A stretch of 24,000 nt of DNA, taken from positions 200,705 through 224,704 of the forward strand of contig CAYFJV010000001.1 of assembly GCA_964343575.1 (NCBI GenBank), given 5' to 3'. The stretch is from an uncultured Methanosarcinales archaeon. GTDB lineage: Archaea; Nanobdellota; Nanobdellia; Woesearchaeales; GW2011-AR9. Shown piece after piece: positions 7,537 through 13,118 of this stretch. The translations under genes and the position numbers were made by a program. The first letter of the stretch is position 1. The number at the start of each line of letters is the position of its first letter. The notes beneath the pieces are model-generated. The model worked only from the letters and a program-made list of their open reading frames with translations, did not search any database and was not told the origin of the DNA.

Positions 7537-9069
7537 CTAAAACCTTTCTCCCCAAACTGAACAAAGGTGTGCTGTTGCATATTGGGAGTTATCATAACCA
7601 TCTTCTCTTCCACCATATCCAGCAGTTTCTATACCAACTAAAAGATGAAGAGGAAGAGTAAGCTCACTTGTAGATACTGGAGGCAAGACAACAGCTTGTT
7701 CTGCTCCTTCAGCAAGAAACTCAACCTGCCACTGCCCAGAACCGTTATGTGTTTGCGTTAAAGTATACTCCCCATGTTTTACAAAACTATCAAAACCATT
7801 ATCTCCTTCTGTGTAAAAAGGATTTTGCTCAGTCGCAAGATCAAGTCTTGCTTCAAGCCTATCAACTTGGACACAACCTTCGTAAGTTGTTGGGTTACTT
7901 CCTTCACCACAGAGGTGCATTGCTCCAAAAGCATCCGATTCTTTAGTAAATTTTGATCCTGCTTCAAGATTTGTTCCTGCAAACTCAAGAGAAAGACGAG
8001 TGTTTACCTTTAGGTACCTTAACCTTTCAAGAGGGTATGCTGTTTGTTCTGTTACTGGATTAATGGTTGCAAATCTTCCTCGGGCAATTGCAGGGCCATC
8101 ACCTTTCCCTTCGTTTCCATAGCTAAAACTTTGGTGGTGCATTGCACAACCCTGAAGTGGTTTTTCAGGATCAGTGAGTTCTCTAGTTAATCCATAGGGG
8201 TGTTTCTCTTCAGGGTTATAATTAACTGGTACAGAAAGATTCCAGCTTAATTCTCCATCATCTGGAAATCTATTATGAATGGTCACATACTTATACTCCC
8301 CTTCTCCTTCTTCTTCTGCATCTTCTGGAGGAAGACTAGGATCTTCTGCTGACCAATCAACATCAGCTCCAGCACAAACGTCACCCTCATCAATTAAATC
8401 ATTACAATCATCGTCTCTTCTATTGCAAGTCTCTTGGGTCATACTAAGAGTATCTGAAACACAAATTGAGAAGGAATCACCACCACAGACCCACTTTGCA
8501 TCAGAATAATCCCCACAAGGAGTACCATAGACACTTTCTGGAGGACAAGACTCGCCGTCACCATAAAAATTTCCAGTTCTCTCAAACTCTGGATCGCCAT
8601 CATTTACTAATCCGTTACAATCGTTATCTTGGTAATCACAACGTTCAGGAGCTCCAGGATGGATGGCACCATTAGTATCATCACAATCAGTTTTATCTTC
8701 AACGTAGGCAACCCCATTTAGTTTACCATCTTCAAGCTTCAGTACATCTTTAGGATCAAGAGGGCTGCTATCTTCATCACCAAAACCATCGCCATCTCTA
8801 TCTGCATAAAGATCGGTTTGTGTAAGCGTTTCAAGATCAGTTCTTGTTTGTTCTTGACCTTGAGCTGTTGGAGAAGTATAAGGTGGTGTTTGTTGATTAG
8901 GGGATGGAGTATAAATTCTTCTTGATTTTGTTCTCTCTATTTTTACTGGTTCTTGAGGAGTAGTATCCACGCTGTAGAGTTGATGAAGACCAATTAATGT
9001 AGCAAGGCCCAATCCCGCTACTGCTGCCCACCTTCCATAATTCCTCTTTTTTTGTCTTGACCTTGCCAT
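7537..9069 (-). CDS. membrane-anchored surface protein with MopE-like Cys/Asp-rich repeats and a C-terminal domain of unknown family
   Basis: 510 aa. N-terminal anchor WAAVAGLGLATLIGL, T/P/Q-rich linker, DRDGDGFGDED, then CDDTNGAIHPGAPERCDYQDNDCNGLVNDGD and CNRRDDDCNDLIDEGDVC (the PF11617-type putative metal-binding motif pattern). About 260 aa of beta-rich C-terminal region. TTTATAAAAAA box about 25 nt upstream of the ATG. Confidence 0.75.
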   Translation of the reverse strand: MARSRQKKRNYGRWAAVAGLGLATLIGLHQLYSVDTTPQEPVKIERTKSRRIYTPSPNQQTPPYTSPTAQGQEQTRTDLETLTQTDLYADRDGDGFGDEDSSPLDPKDVLKLEDGKLNGVAYVEDKTDCDDTNGAIHPGAPERCDYQDNDCNGLVNDGDPEFERTGNFYGDGESCPPESVYGTPCGDYSDAKWVCGGDSFSICVSDTLSMTQETCNRRDDDCNDLIDEGDVCAGADVDWSAEDPSLPPEDAEEEGEGEYKYVTIHNRFPDDGELSWNLSVPVNYNPEEKHPYGLTRELTDPEKPLQGCAMHHQSFSYGNEGKGDGPAIARGRFATINPVTEQTAYPLERLRYLKVNTRLSLEFAGTNLEAGSKFTKESDAFGAMHLCGEGSNPTTYEGCVQVDRLEARLDLATEQNPFYTEGDNGFDSFVKHGEYTLTQTHNGSGQWQVEFLAEGAEQAVVLPPVSTSELTLPLHLLVGIETAGYGGREDGYDNSQYATAHLCSVWGERF

Positions 9070-9193
9070 TCTCTTTTTCTCTTTGGACTTTTTTATAAAT
9101 TTAATTTAAATTCCTTAGTTTTTACTAGAAATTGCTTGCTTTATAATGTTTTCGTCTCTTTTTAGTGGTGTTTTTTTGAGAAGGAGTTTTCCC

Positions 9194-9210
9194 AAAAGCT
9201 TTTTATAAGG
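9194..9210 (+). promoter_or_regulatory. BRE/TATA-like box AAAAGCTTTTTATAAGG upstream of tRNA(CAU)
   Basis: Lies 31-47 nt upstream of the mature tRNA 5' end. The same core recurs upstream of tRNA-Ser and several CDSs. Confidence 0.5.
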
Positions 9211-9240
9211 AGTTTAGTCATTCTCACTCGCTAAGCCTAT

Positions 9241-9461
9241 GGCGATGTAGCTTAGCCTGGCAAACTTTCGTGAAAGTTTGATCAAAGCAGGTGGGTTTCC
9301 CTCTGGTCAAGCCCACTAGCTAAGATTAGAAAACTCTTTTCGAAGTTTGGGAAATTATAGCGCCAGACTCATATCGATATGAGTGCTGAGAGCTTTATGC
9401 TCGATGACCTAACATATCTGGAGCTATCTGGAGGTCGAGGGATCGAATCCCTCCATCGCCA
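9241..9461 (+). tRNA. tRNA with CAU anticodon (elongator Met or Ile2), interrupted by two or three introns
   Basis: Exons 9241-9262, 9285-9288, 9362-9373 and 9426-9461 assemble to a 74-nt cloverleaf: GGCGATG TA GCTT AGCCTGGCA AAGC G CCAGA CTCATAA TCTGG AGGTC GAGGG ATCGAAT CCCTC CATCGCC A. No encoded CCA. Followed by T5 and T6 runs. Confidence 0.8.
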
Positions 9462-9462
9462 C

Positions 9463-9475
9463 TTTTTCCTTTTTT
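9463..9475 (+). terminator. oligo-T termination tract after the tRNA
   Basis: TTTTTCCTTTTTT begins 2 nt after the discriminator base. Confidence 0.5.
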
Positions 9476-9545
9476 GTTATACTCTATTTTCTACTCAGAG
9501 ATTATATACACAAAATTTAAATACAATAACGAACTATAGTCGGTT

Positions 9546-9764
9546 ATGGCAACAACGATTCAAGTGAGTGAAGATCTTGTAAGCGAACTGAAAGCAAGAA
9601 AAATCTATGAGAAAGAAACCTATGAAGAAGTGATTTGGGACCTTCTTGAAGATTCCATGGAACTTTCTGAAGAGGCTAAAAGAGCTCTCAAGGAAGCTGA
9701 AGAGGATGTAAAAGCAGGAAGAGTGTACACTCATGAAGAAGTTAAGAAGGAACTTGGGTTGTAG
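9546..9764 (+). CDS. relB: type II antitoxin (archaeal RelB-like)
   Basis: 72 aa, acidic. Its stop abuts the ATG of a RelE-family toxin. C-terminal ...EAEEDVKAGRVYTHEEVKKELGL is typical of archaeal antitoxins. AAAATTTAAATAC box centred 27 nt upstream of the ATG suggests a leaderless transcript. Confidence 0.75.
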   Translation: MATTIQVSEDLVSELKARKIYEKETYEEVIWDLLEDSMELSEEAKRALKEAEEDVKAGRVYTHEEVKKELGL

Positions 9765-10019
9765 ATGTATACGCTAAACTATTCTAAAAAAGCTTTGAAG
9801 CAATTAAAGAAACTTGAACAAGTAGATAAAAAAAGAATAATTCTCGCCTTAGAGAGAATAAGAATTCGTCCCCATTCCCATGTTAAAAAACTTGTGGGTA
9901 ACCCTTACTTTCGTTTTAAAGTTGGAGATTATCGGGTAATACTTGACATTCAAAAAGGAAAGTTGATTATCCTTGTTCTTGAGCTTGGGCACAGGAAAAA
10001 TATTTACAAAAAGAGATAA
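9765..10019 (+). CDS. relE: RelE/ParE-family type II toxin (mRNA interferase)
   Basis: 84 aa. YSKKALKQLKKL...KKRI...L......P......KKL.G.PYFRFKVGDYRVILDI....LIILVLELGHRKNIYKK fits the RelE/ParE signature. Confidence 0.85.
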   Translation: MYTLNYSKKALKQLKKLEQVDKKRIILALERIRIRPHSHVKKLVGNPYFRFKVGDYRVILDIQKGKLIILVLELGHRKNIYKKR

Positions 10020-10020
10020 A

Positions 10021-10182
10021 ATGGTCCACACAGCCCGTCCTGAAGATACATATGCTTGCTCAAAGTGTAAGAGTTCCCATGTTGATATCTATGACTTAGA
10101 GGGAAAAAGGCTCTGCGCCTGCCTTGATTGTGGTTTTGAAGAAGAACTAGCTTCTGGGAAGAGGAGCATTAGTTGTCACTAA
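10021..10182 (+). CDS. small zinc-ribbon protein (53 aa)
   Basis: ATG at 10021, 1 nt after the relE stop. The ORF-track start at 9973 would overlap relE. Cys pairs CSKC ... CACLDC suggest a 4-Cys ribbon. Confidence 0.55.
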   Translation: MVHTARPEDTYACSKCKSSHVDIYDLEGKRLCACLDCGFEEELASGKRSISCH

Positions 10183-10251
10183 AAAGTAATAATTTCTTGG
10201 AAATCTTTATAAAGTAGCTTTATTCTTAGAAAGGAGTATTAAGAGGTTACA

Positions 10252-10818
10252 ATGATGATTAAATATCTTGACGATTTTATGAGATCCCTAGGGAGCAACT
10301 CTGGCCAACGAAGGGTGAGAGGAGCTTTGCTAGCTGGCAGCGCTCTGCTTTTAGGGGGCTATATGTGTTCTGGATGTCCTGGAATGTATGGTGGAAGTGA
10401 TCCTGTTAAGACAAAAGCAGTAGTTCTTGAAGATGATTCTGCAGGAGAAGTATTAGTAAAGCCGGCAGAAACCCCAGAAGAGGATTCTCTTGAAAGTAAA
10501 GTTACTCCCCAAGCACCAGATGGACAGGTGACCATTCGTATTGAACGAAGGGATGATCTTGAACTTGAAAGTGATACTCTTTTTGGAGGAGAGCAAAGAT
10601 ACTTTGTAGTTGGTGGAAGAGATTGTTCTACAGGAGCAAGGTACAGAGCTATTATCAATGAAATTGGAAGCGATGCTGATAAAGAACGACTTAAATCACT
10701 TGTTGATAAAGGATCATATTTAACTTTTACAGGAGATGGAAGTTCTCTACCTCGGTTAGGTGGAGAATACGAAGTCTTAACTTCTGCTCCAAACCATTGC
10801 CTTGGAGGTGCTCTTTAA
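10252..10818 (+). CDS. secreted/anchored protein, paralogue A (two conserved Cys)
   Basis: 188 aa. Hydrophobic N-terminus ALLAGSALLLGGYMC, acidic linker, C-terminal module DC..G....Y.A...L...G.YL.F...G....P..C. AAAGGAG upstream and a TATA-like AAATCTTTATAAAG at 10201-10214. Confidence 0.65.
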   Translation: MMIKYLDDFMRSLGSNSGQRRVRGALLAGSALLLGGYMCSGCPGMYGGSDPVKTKAVVLEDDSAGEVLVKPAETPEEDSLESKVTPQAPDGQVTIRIERRDDLELESDTLFGGEQRYFVVGGRDCSTGARYRAIINEIGSDADKERLKSLVDKGSYLTFTGDGSSLPRLGGEYEVLTSAPNHCLGGAL

Positions 10819-10819
10819 A

Positions 10820-11284
10820 ATGAATAGGAACACAGCAATAGGGCTTGCAGCTGCAGGAGGAGTATTGACTTTAGCTGGAACACTTTATTTTGGTCTGCCT
10901 TTTGTAGGTTCAGAAGAAGAAAGAATTATTCCTTTAACTGGAGAAGTTGTCTCTGTGGACTATCTTAAAGGTGACGAGGATGTTGCAGCTGCTGCGGCAG
11001 ATACTGGATCTGGTATAGACACAAGCGACATTGCTCAAGCACAATATCTTGATGTTGTTGTAAAAGACTGCAGGGGAGGAGACACTCATGGAGATCTTTA
11101 CAGCGCTAGAGTAGACCTTTCTTCTCCTGGTGAAAGGCAGCTTTGGAATGGGCTTATCCAACCTGGAGACTATCTTGCTTTTCCACAAGGAGTTGGGGAA
11201 GAAGAAAATCCTCTTTTAAGTTTGGAAGGCGTACTTGTGCATACAAGGAGACCAAGTGATTGTTATACTCCAAAGACTCCTTAG
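10820..11284 (+). CDS. secreted/anchored protein, paralogue B
   Basis: Start set to the ATG at 10820, with GGAGGTG 9 nt upstream and 1 nt after the upstream stop. N-terminal TM AIGLAAAGGVLTLAGTLYF. Same C-terminal two-Cys module as the upstream gene. Confidence 0.65.
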   Translation: MNRNTAIGLAAAGGVLTLAGTLYFGLPFVGSEEERIIPLTGEVVSVDYLKGDEDVAAAAADTGSGIDTSDIAQAQYLDVVVKDCRGGDTHGDLYSARVDLSSPGERQLWNGLIQPGDYLAFPQGVGEEENPLLSLEGVLVHTRRPSDCYTPKTP

Positions 11285-11351
11285 GAGGAAATAATTTCTA
11301 AATTTTTACTTTTTCTTACATTCTAAAAGGGTTTGGGAAGAGAGAAGGATA

Positions 11352-11368
11352 GAAAGCTTTAAATAAAG
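11352..11368 (+). promoter_or_regulatory. BRE/TATA-like box GAAAGCTTTAAATAAAG upstream of tRNA-Ser
   Basis: Lies about 33-49 nt upstream of the tRNA 5' end and shares the AAAGCTTT-TA core with the other boxes. Confidence 0.5.
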
Positions 11369-11400
11369 ATTTTAGGGATTTCTTGCTTGTTGTTATGTTT

Positions 11401-11500
11401 GCCAACGTGGCACAATCTGGTACTGCGCAAGCCTGGAATATGACTTGTTCAGCGAGCTTGTTTCCTTCTGGATATCCCGGTTCAAATCCGGGCGTTGGCG
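11401..11500 (+). tRNA. tRNA-Ser (GGA anticodon), class II long variable arm, with a 16-nt anticodon-loop intron
   Basis: GCCAACG TG GCA CAATCTGGTAC TGC G CAAGC CTGGAA[16-nt insert]A GCTTG TTTCCTTCTGGATAT CCCGG TTCAAAT CCGGG CGTTGGC G. The 15-nt variable region with a TCC/GGA stem fits Ser. Followed by a T4 run. Confidence 0.75.
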
Positions 11501-11572
11501 CTTTTACTTTATTAAGTGTTATACCTTCTCTAAAAGAGAAAGCTTTTATGCTCTTTCTTGCTTCTTTCTAGG

Positions 11573-12343
11573 ATGAGGCGTAGTTTAATCTTGCTTGTTG
11601 TTTTCTCTCTCTTTTTAGTCTCTTGCTCTTCACAAGTTGATATACATGATCTAAACAGTGATGAGTTAAAATTCATCACAGCAAACCCTTACAACCTTGA
11701 ACAAGTAAGAGAGATCTCCAAATTTAGAAGTTGCGCAGGCCATGATTACAGTGGATTAAATGTTCACGGAGAGATGGAAGACGATAGATCAATGAAGCAC
11801 TACTTTACTCCGATAGAGGAGATTAGAAACTCAGAGTATGTTATGGAAGTCTTTGCTCCGGTTGATGGGAAGATTGTTTCAAATGTTAAAGAGAGCAATC
11901 CTCGAGGAAAGAAAGTGAAAATAGAAGTAGAAGGTTTTGAGAGTTGGGAAGTTGTTTTGTTTCATATTGATCTTGATGAAGACTTGAGAGTAGGATCTTT
12001 TGTGCAAGCAGGGCAGTTAGTTGGCTATGGTGATCTTGTAGATGGAGGCAATATTGATATTGCTCTTCGTGAGGACAAAGGCCTTAGGAAAAGTCATGCC
12101 TCTTTTTTCTCTTATGCTTCCGATGAAGTGTTGGAAGAGTATGCAGTCTTTAATTTGACCATTGATGATTTTAGTTTTAGCAAAGAAGAGAGAGATCTGC
12201 TTGCTTGTGATTTTGGAGTATCCAGAAATGATGATGATTGGGTTTTGTTAAGACCAGAGGGACTAGAGGGTGAAGAAGAGGTTGTTATTGGTTTGGATCA
12301 TTCTCCTGAGAATCATGGAGGAGAGTTTGTTGGTGAGAACTGA
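11573..12343 (+). CDS. lipoprotein-like secreted protein with degenerate M23/LytM-like core
   Basis: Start set to the ATG at 11573, which has AAAGCTTTTATGC centred 27 nt upstream. Signal MRRSLILLVVFSLFLVSC is lipobox-like. Core AGHDYSG ... VFAPVDGKIV ... VVLFHIDL...VGSFVQAGQLVGYG parallels M23 topology, but the HxH motif is absent. Confidence 0.6.
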   Translation: MRRSLILLVVFSLFLVSCSSQVDIHDLNSDELKFITANPYNLEQVREISKFRSCAGHDYSGLNVHGEMEDDRSMKHYFTPIEEIRNSEYVMEVFAPVDGKIVSNVKESNPRGKKVKIEVEGFESWEVVLFHIDLDEDLRVGSFVQAGQLVGYGDLVDGGNIDIALREDKGLRKSHASFFSYASDEVLEEYAVFNLTIDDFSFSKEERDLLACDFGVSRNDDDWVLLRPEGLEGEEEVVIGLDHSPENHGGEFVGEN

Positions 12344-12362
12344 ACCCCCTGTTTTCTCTTTC

Positions 12363-12869
12363 TTACTTCTTTAGAACTACAATATTTGTCATTCCACGTC
12401 TTTTCCTTTCCACCAAGTTGTGTTTGTGCTCTAAACTATCAAGAATCCGAGTTACCTTTACTTTACTGATTTCCAACTCTTTTGCAATCTCACTTTGATA
12501 CAGAGAACCTTCTTTTTTCTGCAAAAGTTTGTAGACTTTCTTCTCTCCACCATCAAGGCAAGAGAGATCTTTGTTCGTTTCAGCCTTAATTCCTTCAACT
12601 TTTTTTCTTAAAGGAGAATTCGATTCTAACAACAGATAAACTCCAGCAATCCCGATAATAAAAGATGCTAAAAAAGCAATGAGTAAAAGCCAAGAGGAAG
12701 AATTGTTGTGTGCAGGACAATCTTTCATTTCAATTGTTGGATCTTCACTGACGACTTGGCACAAAAACTCTCCTTGCTTATCAAGTGTAAGTTTCACTGA
12801 AACAAACACTAAGAGAAGTATGAGTGCTAAAACAATAAGTACATTGCCAATCTTTTTAGTTTCAACCAT
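12363..12869 (-). CDS. membrane-anchored winged-helix (MarR/ArsR-like) DNA-binding protein
   Basis: ATG at 12869 (the track start at 12878 is a GTG). Two TM helices flank a loop with C-x16-CPAH. C-terminal KKVYKLLQKKEGSLYQSEIAKELEISKVKVTRILDSLEHKHNLVERKRRG looks like a wHTH. Confidence 0.7.
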   Translation of the reverse strand: MVETKKIGNVLIVLALILLLVFVSVKLTLDKQGEFLCQVVSEDPTIEMKDCPAHNNSSSWLLLIAFLASFIIGIAGVYLLLESNSPLRKKVEGIKAETNKDLSCLDGGEKKVYKLLQKKEGSLYQSEIAKELEISKVKVTRILDSLEHKHNLVERKRRGMTNIVVLKK

Positions 12870-12887
12870 GGTCAACACTCTTCTTTC

Positions 12888-13097
12888 TCATCTCTTTTTT
12901 ACTCTATAGTCTCCTAAACTTTCAATCTCTTTTTTGAAAGAGCTAAGATCAAAGTCGGAGCCATGTTCTATACTTATATCTCCATTTTTTTCATTTATCT
13001 GAACTGAAGTAATCTCACTAAAATCTGAACAGACATCTTCTACAAGCATTTTACAAGACTTGCAATGGAATCCTTCAATCTTAAGCTTTGTTTTCAT
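12888..13097 (-). CDS. copZ: HMA-domain copper chaperone (CopZ-like)
   Basis: MKTKLKIEGFHCKSCKMLVE... has the HMA ferredoxin-like pattern with CxxC. GGTGA precedes the ATG at 13097. An alternative ATG at 13118 abuts the upstream stop. Confidence 0.8.
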   Translation of the reverse strand: MKTKLKIEGFHCKSCKMLVEDVCSDFSEITSVQINEKNGDISIEHGSDFDLSSFKKEIESLGDYRVKKR

Positions 13098-13118
13098 ATT
13101 CTCACCATTTGTTTTCAT

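Noticed and set aside
9379-9567. 62-aa ORF in the track (and likewise 11383-11571)
   Set aside because: Both lie across the tRNA genes and their introns or flanks. The tRNA cloverleaves explain the sequence and the peptides are low-complexity, so they are not credible CDSs.
9241-10250. Integrated mobile element at the tRNA(CAU) gene carrying the RelBE cassette
   Set aside because: I found no direct repeat of the tRNA 3' end downstream and no integrase or recombinase. The cassette is only ~640 nt. tRNA adjacency alone is not enough evidence.
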